Origin: Anthoceros angustus | Lineage: Eukaryota > Plantae > Anthocerotophyta | NCBI GenBank assembly: GCA_010909165.1 | Contig: MU008164.1 | Span: 62,001-126,000, forward strand | Direction of reading: 5' to 3' | Length of the DNA stretch: 64,000 nt | Shown: in pieces, positions 48,404 through 60,558 of the stretch | Layout: each line of letters starts with the position of its first letter | How positions within the stretch are numbered: position 1 is the stretch's first letter | The notes under the pieces: generated by a model | Told to the model about the DNA's origin: nothing | What the model saw: the letters and a program-made list of their open reading frames with translations, nothing else | Databases searched by the model: none | Position numbers and translations under genes: made by a program

Positions 48404-51090
48404 TCATGCAACAACTGGGCTTTCAACATAACGCAGGCGACATTGGGAAAGATCCTAGATCTGAAAACTGTGCTGGCAAATCTGACATTTTCAAAATGGA
48501 GACATGATGCAACTGTTTGAACAAACTGAAGCTATTGCGCTTTTCAGCCTACTGGATAATATTGTCGTGCAGCTTACCCTTGGTGGAAATCTTGCAAACT
48601 ACATACATATGTAGAACTTGTAGAGGTATCCGGGCTTGCCCTGGTTATCCGTTGAAAGAAGGCCTCAAAAAGGCCTGACATACTTCACAAGCACATCCAC
48701 AGAATAACCTACGTTCAGATGTCCTATCTAGTCACCTAGCACCTGCCTCCAGCAAGGGCACGATTCAGACCTTGTTGTGCAGTCTAGAGGAGAAGGACAT
48801 TTACTACCTCATACTATTCCATCCTCATATGCATCAGTCCATCATCGTCTCTGCTCTACAATGGTGAAAGCGGAGAAGACATCTCAATTTGAGGATATGG
48901 TGGAGCTACTCGCATCGAGACGGCAAGAATTTTGCAGCGGTAAGCATGGACATCACGTAAGCATCATGCTGCAGATCATGATGACATAATCGGATGCCTC
49001 CGAGTGAAGCGACGGTTTGCAACACCTTCCGGACCTCCCTCATGCCTGGACGATCTCGGGATTTGAGGGCCAAGCACCGACAAAGCGCCCACACTCTATG
49101 GATACCTTCCCACTTGCTAAACTATATGTGTCCGCCAACGCAGGGTCGATCAGCCTTCCCGTTCCCCGTCCATGGCGGAAAATGCCAGCTCGCCGGCCTC
49201 ATCATACCCTCTCCGAAAATCTACAGAGCTTTGAGATGAGTTCAAGCGGCCACAACTCGGCGTAGACATCGCTCTTGGGAGTGAGTCGGAAGGCGACATA
49301 GTACTGTGGTCGATATAGCCCATGGTGCCTTGGATCATGTGGAAACATGAGTTGCCGCCTTGTTCGGAGCCCTTGAGATGCCAAATCGCCACCTTCGCAT
49401 TGAGGTCATCGTCGGCGAATATTTGAAGACTTCACATCTCGGTGGAAGATGGGTGGGTCGGCCGAATGAAGATACGCTAGCGCATCGGAGGTCCGCTATA
49501 AGGCGTTGTCTCCAAGTGAGCGGAAATCCTTCTCTTTTCCCTTGGAGATGTTCCGGCAGCTGCTAGACAAACTCAAGACGAGGAGAGCAATTTTGTTCTC
49601 CATGGAACAGCCAGCTTCACCAAGTGTCTGTGATTCACCGAATCGACCTCGTTGAAAAGCCGCTTGTACTGGGAGCCTTCCGCTTGCCCTTCTTGATTGC
49701 TACTGTGCCATCTGAGCTTGCTGTAGACCGTTAGAAATCTATAGGATTGGTGCAACACATCACATATTAGAGTTATGAGTATAAGTCCTAGAAGTATATA
49801 GGATTATCCGAGGCGAGATAGGGTTTCATACTATCGAGAGTATGACAAGGCCAAAGGCTATATATGTATGCATAGCACACCATTTCTAATGTCTTGAACA
49901 CAGGAATTCTGTTTTCTAACATGGTATCGAGCATGGTTCGGAGATGCGTAAAGCACTGCACCACCTGTGGGACTCTTGCCACTTGTCTTCTATTGCATTG
50001 TTTGTAGTTATGCACTAAGTGTCCGTGGAAAGCTCGCTTGCAATTTCGTGAAGCTTGGTAGTAGTTTTGGTGCGAGGAACTTTTGTCTTGTCTTTGCATA
50101 GCTTTCGGAGGTGTGCATATGGAGACTACGCGTCAAGTGGAGAAGTTTGATGGCAGGAACTTCACATTATGGAAGTTGAAGCTAAAATCTCTTCTCATTG
50201 ATGAGGATTGTGGAAGTTTGTGGAAAATGGACTTCCGGATGGCGCTTCGAAAAGGATATAGACAAGGATGCAAAGCCTTGGCTAATATTATCTGAATGTG
50301 TCGATGACATTCTCTCACAATTGAGCGAGTGTGTCTCTTCGCAGGATGCATGGAAAATTCTTTGCTGGCGTATGAAGAAGAGCATTGTGAGCGAAATGCC
50401 TGGAAAGTCAATTCTCCAACTTCAAGATGGTGAGGCGACATTCAACAACATGTCAACAAGTTGAAAAGCTTGGTTGATCAAATGAGGGAGGCGAGATCAA
50501 ACCTTGGAGGGTAAGGTGATCCCTGCTTTAGTAGTTTGCCACCATCATGTAGGCAATTTTATTGTCTTATAGGGCATCCGTAGCGATGCGTCCAAGTGAT
50601 AATCAACCAACCTTTGATGAGGTGGTTAGATTACTCCTACAAGAGGAGCTTGATGGTTCTTTCCGGACACAAGGCAACGAAGGCTTGGCACTCTTCTCCA
50701 AGAAGGGCACATCACGGTGGAAGACCTCAAGCCAAGTCTCTAGAAGGGACAAAGGATACGGATGCAAAGAGAAAGGTGAAAGGCTTTTGTTATTGCGGAA
50801 GCCCAATCACCACGCAAAGGATCAGAAATAAGATTGGCGACTTGAAGAAGGAAATCATCCCAAGCTAATCAAGTCGTGAGAAGGACCAAGAACACATCTT
50901 GCGTGCTTCACCGAAAGAGATCAAGCGACTTCATCAAAGAAGGATGAGAGTTTGTACCTTGACTCGTGCATCCCAAAGATTTCGCTTATAACCTTCCTTG
51001 GTTCTCAAGCTACGAGGTATTGCCAGAGGGGCATACAGTGGCGCTTGGTGACAATAGGTCACATGACATCAAGGGAAGAGGAGTGTTACG

Positions 51091-52982
51091 AGTCCATTGT
51101 CAGTCCGGATATACTTAACGAACTGCCCTATTTGTTTTTCAGCCATCAGCAGCCATTGTCGAAAGAGTTCGAAGGTGTCACTCTTCAATTGCATTGGATA
51201 TGTCCAAGTGTAGCGAGAGTAATCATCTGTGATGCATAGGTAATATATGGAACCTCCCAGAGATGGGATATGAATTTTTCCAGATATGTCTGCATGCACT
51301 AGTTCTAACACATTCGTGGCTCTGTAGGATGCTGCAACTGGGAACGGATGAGCCTTCTGTTTTGCAACAATGCAGGCTTCACAGGACGGCAGATCCTTGA
51401 AAACTTGAGGTAAGGGTTCTAGATGACACTCTTGTAAAGACATGTCTACCAGTTTGCGTTTATTAACATGACCGAGCCTGGCATGCCACAGGACAGCAAG
51501 GCGTTGGGACTGTTTGGAGACTAAGCTTGCCTTATGACAAAGGGTACAAATATCAAGTCTATAGAGATCATGATCAAGTGTACCTTTGAACACCAGCATG
51601 GATGGATCTGACCTCTTATAGAAAAGACAGATGTCTTCGCTGGCTTTCATATCATATATGCGCAGTTGCATCAGCTTGCTAAGAGAAAACAAATTCTTGG
51701 CCATGGAGGGTACATAGAGAACGCCATCCAGGGTAAGAATGGATCCGTCGTGAAGTGTGAACTTACACGTCCCACAGCCTAGAATAGGGAGACTGGAATG
51801 GTTCCTTTCATCTCCTAGTAGAACTCTTTCAGCTGTGTGATCAGCTTTCAACATGTAGAACTGATCCTTGTTTTTGCAGATGTGCGATGTTGCACCAGAA
51901 TCCAAATACCAGCCATCTTCGTCACTTATGGATCTAGCCAGGCAGACTGTAAGTATCTTCACCACTGGTTTGGTGTCACCTGTGTTCTTCTCCTTGATTG
52001 CAACAGTTGCGGTATTCTTAGGAGTTCTTCGAGGTTCTCCTGCCTTCTTTTTCTTGCATTCTCGAGCCCAGTGACCAGCTATGCCACACCAGTTGCAATT
52101 TCCAGGTCGTTTTGATGGGCCAGAAGAATCAGAAGTTTGCGCAGGTTTACCTCCTGCCTTGCCTTTTCCTTTGAATGTCCTATGATTTGTTGCTAATGCC
52201 TTCTCTGTTCTGCTCTTAGGAGCTCCCATCGAAAACATTCTGCTCTGCTCTTCCTGGTACAAGGCACCGATTACCTCTTCAAGGGTGATGGTGCTTGCAC
52301 TTCCAGCAGCGGCAGCAGCATGTGCAGTCCGGATAGGGCCATTCTGGCTAGTGATAAATGACTGGTACGAAGGTGGTAGTCTTGTGAGGAGCTCAGCAAC
52401 AGCATCCACTTCGTCCATCTTGGTTCCGGTGAGTGATGCAATTTGAGCTTTCAGGTGTCGAAACTTGCTTGTGAAGTTCGATACCTTGTCTCCCTCTTTC
52501 ATCTTTAGATTGTAGAACTCGTGTTTCACTGCACACAGGGTTAACACGTTTGTGACCTTGTAGGTCTTCTCCAACTGTGACCATATCTCAGAAGCGTTTT
52601 CCAGGAATTCCACTTCTGGTACAAGGTCAGCATCCAGGCCTCCAATTAGTAGAGCAATGGCAATGCCATTCAGCTCATCCCACTCAGCAATCTGATCTGC
52701 TGTTGGAGCTGGATTTGCATTGGGATCCGGTTTCTTTGTAGTCCCATCCACAATTTTCCATACGCGTCGGGCTATCAAGGTAGCCTTCATTCGGATTCGC
52801 CAAACTGGGTACCTTGTCCCATTGAAGCGATCTTTCTCCTTCAGTTCTGACGTGTATGTTGCCTTGGTGGTAGTGGCAGCCATTACTACAGGCTGGTTAA
52901 AGTTTACAGCAGACTGTATGAGGCTTAGGCTCTGGAACTGACCAATTAAGGCGTTTATGGATGCAGCAAAACCTGCGGACAT
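51091..52982 (-). CDS. Copia gag-pol polyprotein (gag, zinc knuckle, protease, GAG-pre-integrase, N-terminal integrase), truncated
   Basis: About 630 codons without a stop: KDRFNGTRYPVWRIRMKATL, CNWCGIAGHWAREC, WYLDSGATSH, WHARLGH, CEACIVAK, ELVHAD, DDYSRYTW, IRTDNG. Confidence 0.92.
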
Positions 52983-53445
52983 AAGATCTTAACAAGGTAA
53001 CTAGAGCTATGGCCCTAGTGACACAGGTTAGTAGCTTAGGCCCACTAGATTTCTTTACTTTTAGATTATATACATTCTAACACTAGCATTGCAGGCAAGG
53101 ATCGGAGGGGAAAGGTGAGTTCGAAGGGGAGGGGATACTAAAGTATTCTTGCCTCTTCATACTCATCCTTTCCTTCATATCCCGTCTATTTATGCTTAGT
53201 TTAGACTAATAATACTTCATTAGGTGTGAACAGACATGACTTAATTAATTATTTTTCAAAAAACATGTTCTTTCAGCTGAACCCTAACTGTCAATTCTTG
53301 GTGTCTTTACAGGTGGACCACTAGCACTCTAAGGGATGCAAGAATGCCAAGGGACACCTCTCTGATTGTAGCTCTTCAGATCCATGGCCTCAGCAACGCC
53401 GGGTGTGGTGGCCTTCGGCTCTCCAGCATCGGAAGCAAGGAAAGG

Positions 53446-53931
53446 TCATCGAATCTGTGAAGATCTGTCGCAATTGGCGGCAGATGCTCTCAGATTCAGA
53501 TTCTGTAGAAGAACAACAATGCTCTTCATGTCTTCCTTTATTTGTTCTGATCCCACAATTGCTATTTGCTCAAGGGAATTTCTTATGTCTTCAATGTTGT
53601 TCAGAATCTCTTCTTGACTCTGTAGCAGCAATGACTGAATTTTCTCCACCTGCCTTAGCACAGCCAATTGTCTGAACACCACGTTAGTTAAGATCGCTTC
53701 TGATGATCGTCCTGTTTGTGGTGCAGTTGGATATGCCGCTTGACGAATTGGGTTTCGGCAGGGTGGAGGTGTGATCCTTCTCCTTTCGCAGCAATGTGAG
53801 GTCTGTCTCCCTCGTTGCCAATCAACATTTGAATATCCAGCATGTGCTGAATTTTTGCTCACGTCTTGTTTCTGTCCAAACAGGTGGTTAGGTCGGGGGC
53901 CACCTCTCCTGTTTGTAGACCTTCGAGGCAT
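53446..53931 (-). CDS. Extra 161-aa ORF in the leader of the nested Copia (basic N-terminus + coiled coil)
   Basis: ATG-initiated and intact, located between PBS and gag on the element sense strand. Heptad-rich C-terminal half: LAVLRQVEKIQSLLLQSQEEILNNIEDIRNSLEQI...IKEDMKSIVVLLQNL. Confidence 0.5.
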   Translation of the reverse strand: MPRRSTNRRGGPRPNHLFGQKQDVSKNSAHAGYSNVDWQRGRQTSHCCERRRITPPPCRNPIRQAAYPTAPQTGRSSEAILTNVVFRQLAVLRQVEKIQSLLLQSQEEILNNIEDIRNSLEQIAIVGSEQIKEDMKSIVVLLQNLNLRASAANCDRSSQIR

Positions 53932-56900
53932 TGTGCCTGCTGCTGGTTCATCTCCCAGACAAGAGGTGAGAACTTAGTTTATTCATTTTTCTCAGCCACT
54001 TGGCTGCTTTCTCATGGATTGCTAATGCAGGCTGTTTGTGTTTCTGTGCGGCAGCATGTTCGCTAATCCTAGCAGACCAAGTGCGGGGTGCATTGGCTGC
54101 ACCGAATAGCACAGAGGGATTAGGCTCTGATACCATGTAAACTATCAGAAGATAGTCATCTAGCGTAGATAGACAAGAGAGCCAGGAGGCTGAGACTTGT
54201 GTACAAAACTTGTATATCAAAAGTGATGATAAAAAATGTTTCATATGTTCATTAAATAGCTAAACCCTAAATAACCAAAGGACACATATATAACATATGT
54301 ATAACCTACGCGAATATAGATTAATCCTAACAACTAGGAAGACTTGGACATATCTTATGAAGGAGAAATCCCAGGTATTTACACTCTTCAAGGAATGGAA
54401 AGCCATGGTGGAGAACGCAAGTGGACAACGTCTGAAGACTTTGCGTAGTGACAACAGAGGTGAATATATCTCCACTGACTTCCAACGCTTTTGCAAGGAG
54501 CATGGAATTGGAAGGCAACTAACCATCCCTCACACACCGGAGCAAAATGGAGTGGCGGAGCGCAAACTTCGAACTCTGGTGGAGGCAGCTAAATGCATGT
54601 TACATCATAGTGGCTTGGAAGTACGTTTTTGGGGTGAGGCTGTTGTTACAAGAACCTATGTTTTGAATCGAGTTCCAACCAAAGCTATTGTTGGAATGAC
54701 CGGAGGAAGCGTGGTCCGCGCCAAGCCCGACATAAGCCATTTGAGGATCTTTGGTTGATGGTTTATGCTCATGTTCAAGCAAACCCGAACAAAATGGGAT
54801 CCAAAAGGCGTGAAGTGCCTTATGCTTGGATACTCTACTTAGATTAAGGGCTACCAGGCGGATCTTCAAGGAAGAAGATCATTTTTAGTGGACGTTGTAT
54901 TTAATGAGGTTGTGGAACCCATCAAAGGAGTGAGCTCCAACCCCATATTTGGCAACAGGGACAAGGCCCGACATTGCAGAGGCAGTGGGAGTTGTGAGTC
55001 GATTCTTGGCCAACCTCGACAACAAAGATTATCAAGCGATCAAGAGGATATTCGGATACTTGCGGCACAAAACATTGGAAGTTGCAATACCAAAAGGATC
55101 GACATGAAGACGCCTGTGGTTGGATTTTGTGATTGATTGGGAGATGTCGATGGCCGCAAGTCTACCACAGGATATGTATTTATGCTATTTGGGGAGCCAT
55201 TTCATGGAGTAGTAGGCGTCGACCCTCGTGGCTTTGTCCTCTGAGCGGAGTACATGGCAATATCTGCTGCAATGGAAGCAATATGGCTACGACGATTGCT
55301 CAAGAAATGGGATTTAAGCGGAAGGGTCGACAACCATCTTCAACGACAATCAAGGTTGCATTTACTTAGCAAAGAATGCTACTTTTCACGCGAGGACGAA
55401 ACACATTGAAGTAAAGCATCACTTCATCAGGGAGAAAGTTCAATCCAAGGAGATAGAGCTAGCGTATTGTCCCACTGCGAACATGCCTGCAGATGTTTTG
55501 ACCAAAGGGTTGACTTTAGAGAAGCACGTTAAGTTTAGCAAGATGTTAGGCTTAAAAGAGTAGCACTGATGTGTTGAGTGGGAGTGTTAGAAATCTATAG
55601 GATTGGTGCAACACATCACATATTAAAGTTATGAGTATAAGTCCTAGAAGTATATAGGATTATCCCAGGAGCGAGATAGGGTTTCATACTATCGAGAGTA
55701 TGACAAGGCCAAAGGCTATATATGTATGCATAGCACACCATTTCTAATGTACTGAACCTGGGAATTACTGTTTTCTAACATAGACTGTGCCGAAGCCGCC
55801 CACTCCGATCTGGGCCGACTCTGAAAAGTTGGAGGTGGCTCTGCGGAGCTGGCGAAGGGGCATCACCGTCACCGTTTCCCTCTCGAGCAGCGTGGCAATC
55901 AAGTCCGCATCTTGCTGGTGCTTTTTGGAGTACACTCTCCATGTCCAGACCAGGAGCAAACAACTACCCGTAGAAACCAATACAGCGGCAACGACTACTG
56001 CCACAAGCAGCCGCACCTTGAGCCGAATCGTAGGAGGTTGAGGGGTGGGGGGGGCACAAGCGGGCAGAGGTCCGCCGCAGAGCCCCGGATTGTCCGCAAA
56101 GGAGCTTGCGTTAAAGACAGCCTGAGACAGGCCGTCTGGAAGGGTTCCTGAGAGATTGTTGCCGGACAGGTTGATGTATTCCAAGTGAAGCAAAGCATAG
56201 AAAACATTACCGGGTATTGGTCCTGTCAGATTGTTGTGGCTAAGGTCCAAGACTCGGAGAGTGGGAGGAAAGGTTCCTGGAATGGGGCCGGATAGCTTGT
56301 TGTTGGATGCGTTGAAATGCACCAAGTTGCGAAGCCCCGTAAAAAGGTCAGGTGGCATCCCTCCCTCGGAGACCAAATTGTTGTTACCCAGATCCAGTAC
56401 GGTCATAGTGTCGGGTAACGCTCCAGGAAGGAGCCCAGAAAGCCTGTTCTTGGACATGTTGAGAAACGTCAGGTTGGGCATGCTTATCTTGAAAAACGCC
56501 GAACTTGGCAATGTTCCGCTCATGTTGCAAGATGCAAGATCCAAGATCTGGAGGGGGAATTCGGACCGGGTGGAACAGGTGAAGCTATCCGGAAATTGTT
56601 GGCCCATGAGATCGCTGCCTGCCAGCCGAAGTTCCATAATAGGTGCCCCATCCTCACATAACATGTCCAGCAGGCTCCGCAAAGGATCGGGGAACTCCTG
56701 TGAAGGTGTCATGTTGAAACGGTTGTGGCTCTAGTCAAAAACTGTCATAATATAGGTATGCAGCCGCATCCCAGAGCTCAGCAACTGAGTGAGGTCCCCA
56801 GTGAAGCTGTTGCCTTGCACTCGGATACTATTGGCATTGAAGTCGTACATGCCAGCCTGGGTGAGACGGAGGATCAAGTCACCAGAGAAGCTGTTGTTTT

Positions 56901-58384
56901 GAAGCCACAGCACTCGTGGAGCAAGTCTGAGGAAAGAGGAAGGAAGAGGGCCATCAAGCTAATTGTCACTCAGATCAACATGACCGTAGGGCCCAACCGC
57001 CAAACCTCCCGGAGCATCTGGTATGTTGCCAGCCAGAGAATTTCTTGAAAGATTCAGAAAGTGTGCTCCATATAGCAAACTGGCAGGAGTGCTGCCATTC
57101 AGCGCATTTCCAGACAGATCCACCGATCCGTACGCATATGAGAGGTAAGTACGAATATCCTGAGGGATGGGGCCAGACAAGTTGTTGTGAGACAGGTCCA
57201 GGTGCGCCACATTCCCCAATCCGGACGGGATGGGGCCCTGCAGACCGTTCCATGACATATCCAACACATCAAGAAACTTGAGCTTGAGGCTCATGTCCGG
57301 TAGTTGTCCCACTAATTGATTCCGGGAAAGGTTCACCTGTTTCAGAGCGGACATCTGGAAGAAGGAATGCGTGACGTCCGTGAGATTGTTTTCGGCTGCG
57401 TCCAGGTATTGCAGATTGGGTGCAGTGGGCACATCCCCGCTAAGCTGGTTCCTGCCGATAGAGAGTTGGGTGAGGCGTGTAAGTCCCTCCAAACTGGGGA
57501 TCCCCCCAACGAAGAAACCACCAGACAGGTCCAGGTTCTTGAGTTGGGTCAGATTGCCCACTTCCTTAGGGATGATGCCTCCTTCGAAATTGTTTGCAAG
57601 AGAGACCACCACCAGCTCCCGCATCCCGTCGAAGCTCTGGATGAAAAGCCCACTCCATGCGGTCCCATCCGCATTCAGGTACTGGAGGCTGGGAAGTGCG
57701 GGGAGGATCCCCGAGTCCCCGATGCGAAAATAAGATCCGGAAAGATCCAGCCATGTGAGCCCAGTCAAGAACTGGAAGTCATTACTCATGCCACCCACTT
57801 CGCTGTTGGACGACAGGTCCAATTCTTGAAGGCTTCCAAGATAACCCAACTGGGATAGATTGAAATTCCTGACAAAAAACGCCTGGGCCGGGTCCGGGTC
57901 CGGCAACGCCGACACAGTGCAGGAGGAAAGATCGAGCCTGTGCACAGCGGACTCGGGGGTACAGAATACCCGTACCCAATCACACGGCGTATCCTCGCTC
58001 GCATTCCAGCTTGCGAAGCCCAAGCTGTGGTCCAAAACTAATGTGTTGTCTTCTAGAAAATTCAGCAGGGCCCGTCCATCGGGAGAGAGTTCAGCACCGA
58101 CGTTGCTTCCCAGCAAACTGATCATGAGCAACACGCTTATCCACAAGCCTGCACCACCACCACCAAAATTGCAATGCACAAGCCGCCCTACCCTAACCTG
58201 CAAGGCAGAGGCCTTCTTCATAACTACATGTGAATCAAAGGGAACAGCAGCTCGTTGAGTGACGATCGCAAGCACAATTGGAAGCCTCCCGCTCCCCGCG
58301 CAGGTCTGCAAAACAGAGGAGTGAAGACGAACTACACTACCTGGCTTGAAAGAGGCCTGAGAGCTATGACTACGGAGCAGACCC

Positions 58385-58863
58385 TGTGACGAGGAGGCCT
58401 TCCGACTTCCAAGCACCTCTGTGCTTCAAGACCCATAAACAAAGACTGAGGACGAGCACAGAATTTTATTGCGGATCGGGGGTAGGTAGTGAAAAGTAGG
58501 AGACGATGCACCATGGGTGTCGGGACTCGGGACGTTCACAACCAACCCTACACTGAATTCGCTGAAAACAAAACTGAGGCATATAATATTCATTTGATTC
58601 TTCGGCCTAGACTTGGGTCCAGAGTCGGCCGGGAATCGGAGACTGAGGACCGCTCAGAAGCCTACAAAAAGTTCGCTGTAAGCACTTAGAAGACGAGTAC
58701 AATAGAAAGGCACCAGCCTCCCTTGAGTGTGGTCTTATGGGCGCACCAGGCTCCCTTGCGTGTGGTCTTAGGTGCTCCTTTGAGTGTGGTGTTCGGTACG
58801 AAATCTCCACGTATAAAGTAAAGTACAGCAAAACGACGCCTACTTTACATATTGAGTGTCACA
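58385..58863. mobile_element. Possible solo LTR upstream of the LRR-RLK pseudogene
   Basis: Inverted termini TGTGAC...GTCACA and three internal ctcccttgagtgtggtc-like repeats. No TSD, PBS or PPT found, so the call is tentative. Confidence 0.3.
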
Positions 58864-59010
58864 ATGTTAGGGCGGACTGCGCAGTGGAATGGAATTCCAC
58901 CAAATTGTGTCAACTGAATTCCACCAATTTGGCATTAGCTGACACACATGGCATGCCGTTTTCCGTGAGCGGATGGGACTGCATTTCATTGCCAAATGGG
59001 CAGCGCCCTA

Positions 59011-59227
59011 AATGTGTGTCCAAATGGCTTAGGCCAAATGGACACACATTTATAAGAACGCCGTGATTAAGCGTCCTGAGCTTTGATCGGTACGATGGGG
59101 TGCCTAAAGGGAGTGGATGCCCTTGGTGCAAGTAGCTTAGGCACACCATGGTACAAGTTGTTAAGTACCAAGTCCCATGACGAAAATCCGTCCTTAGTGG
59201 ACTTAAATAAAATTCTTCTTCTTCTTC
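59011..59227 (+). mobile_element. Copy of the structured-tail non-LTR/SINE-like family with (TTC)5 tail
   Basis: Hairpins gtgtgtcca..tggacacac and ggtgcctaa..ttaggcac, then gacgaaaatccgtc, AATAAA and ttcttcttcttcttc (59213-59227). Confidence 0.8.
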
Positions 59228-59911
59228 TAATGCATACCATTGCTAGGGCACATCACGATAGGAATCATGAATGTAACGTGCTTTGACATATCTCATAGCG
59301 CTTTCCATCCTCTTTTAACCCAAGCTTCCCAGCGGGCCTTGACCATCAGTGACGATGCCATCTGGCCCCCCACAACCACCTTCCCCTACTCCTTCTCTTC
59401 TTCTTCTCGCCTTCTCGTAGTCTTGTCTTCCTTTGCTTTAGCTCGATGTGCACCAGCACACCCCATGGCCAGCACTGATCAGCAGCAACATCAAATTAAA
59501 GTCAGCGTCTTCACACTTGGCACCTCAAGCCCGGCAATTGCGTGCCAAAGCAGAGCACCACCACGAGCCTTGCCAAAAGCACATATGTATGTGTCCAGAC
59601 TGAAGCAACTATTGCAACACACAGGACGACGTGGGATAGTGGAGCAGCCTTACAAACATGTATATTTCCACACTCTAATCAGCATTTGTGCAAAAGCCAC
59701 AGAACTGTACAAGTATGGTGCCAATTCCCCGTCCAGGGAGTCATAGACACATCTGACGTATCTGCACATGCACACGGCCAAAAGAGACGATCCGGATCAC
59801 ATATGATACGTCATTCCTTGCTCATGCTGGACAAACTGCGAGACAATCGAAGCCTGTGAGACAAATGAAGTTCTCAAAAAATTTACTGTCAAGCTTCAAC
59901 CCACGCCCTGA

Positions 59912-59951
59912 TTCCGTAGCCGGGGATCAAACCCGGGTCGCCTAGGTGGAA
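59912..59951 (-). pseudogene. 3' half of a tRNA-Glu-like sequence (tRNA fragment)
   Basis: Minus strand ...cacctaggcgacccgggtttgatccccggctacggaa gives a T-arm with B-box-like loop and acceptor 3' strand. No complementary 5' acceptor strand or D-arm lies upstream. Confidence 0.4.
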
Positions 59952-60074
59952 TCTGACCGATCCGCTCTCACGCATTTGGTGAATACTGTCCCACGAGATG
60001 CATAGATGAGGAGTAGAGGCGGATGCTCGCGTCTTCGTAGGTGCCCTTCGAACTGCCAGCAAGGCAAAGGAACG

Positions 60075-60261
60075 CAACCAAGCTTATCATGCAGTCAGAC
60101 TGCAATCTTGTGCTCCACGCGCACCCGGAATCACGTGTGGGCGTCGTGGATCGCGGGCGGGGAATGCAGGCGCAACCCCTTTGTCGAGCAGCGGGGCAGC
60201 TGTCATCTACGGTGATGATGAAGCCCCCGGGTGGAGCACCCGGACGGTGGTCCAGCCATAC
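60075..60261 (+). pseudogene. Bulb-type (GNA/B-) mannose-binding lectin fragment cut by a Copia insertion
   Basis: KLIMQSDCNLVL, then in a shifted frame LSSSGAAVIYGDDEAPGWSTRT, matching the QxDxNxVxY/W.T.T repeats of GNA lectins. It ends at the LTR start. Confidence 0.65.
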
Positions 60262-60558
60262 TGTGAAGAGACATCGACACATCTCTAACACACAAAGCTA
60301 GTCTAGGTGTTTCAGTACGTCGTTTCGTAATAACGTATAAGAACACATTTTTGTATTGTTGATAATTAATCGAAAGAGTCAAGCTACGAAGTTCTATCGC
60401 TCGTGTCTTCGCTCTTTCACTTGGTATCAGAGCACCCGATCTTCGGGTTACGATGCGTCAGATCTACATGTGATGTTGATGATCCTATGCGCCTTGGAAT
60501 TGCGCAATGCAAACTCTGACTTGTCCATGAAATAAGGAATGACAAAGGAGACTGGGTA

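Larger units (their letters stand above)
51091..54332 (-). mobile_element. Nested Ty1/Copia element in opposite orientation, 3'-truncated
   Basis: 5' LTR 54332-54136 (TGTTAGG...TTTACA), PBS tggtatcagagc at 54135-54124. The open gag-pol ends abruptly at IRTDNG (~51091). No 3' LTR. Confidence 0.92.
49729..55780 (+). mobile_element. Ty1/Copia LTR retrotransposon, decayed, RT deleted
   Basis: LTRs 49729-49921 and 55585-55780 differ by about 8 substitutions and 2 indels by eye. TSD is TAGAC (49724-49728 and 55781-55785). PBS tggtatcgag, PPT gagtgggag. Coding remnants: gag EKFDGRNFTLWK, protease YLDS, integrase LRSDNRGEY/QNGVAERK and RNase H KSTTGY/ADVLTK. No RT core is visible. Confidence 0.95.
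48906..58221 (-). pseudogene. LRR receptor-like kinase pseudogene interrupted by a Copia element
   Basis: Signal peptide and N-cap (LSPDGRALLNF...WNASEDTPCDWVRVFC), many LRRs, in-frame TAG at ~56959 (CAG in the paralogue), frameshift near 56725, C-cap FADNPGLCGGPL, TM, LRRATSNFSESAQIGVGGFGTVY. The kinase resumes below 49728 (DGTVAIKK, FNEVD..VNHRHLVKL, IQGTMGYID, RLTPKSDVY) with frameshifts. Confidence 0.9.

Noticed and set aside
47456-48429. Long minus-strand ORFs (212, 136 and 112 aa)
   Set aside because: They largely translate the 94-bp tandem repeat in shifting frames; no recognisable domain.
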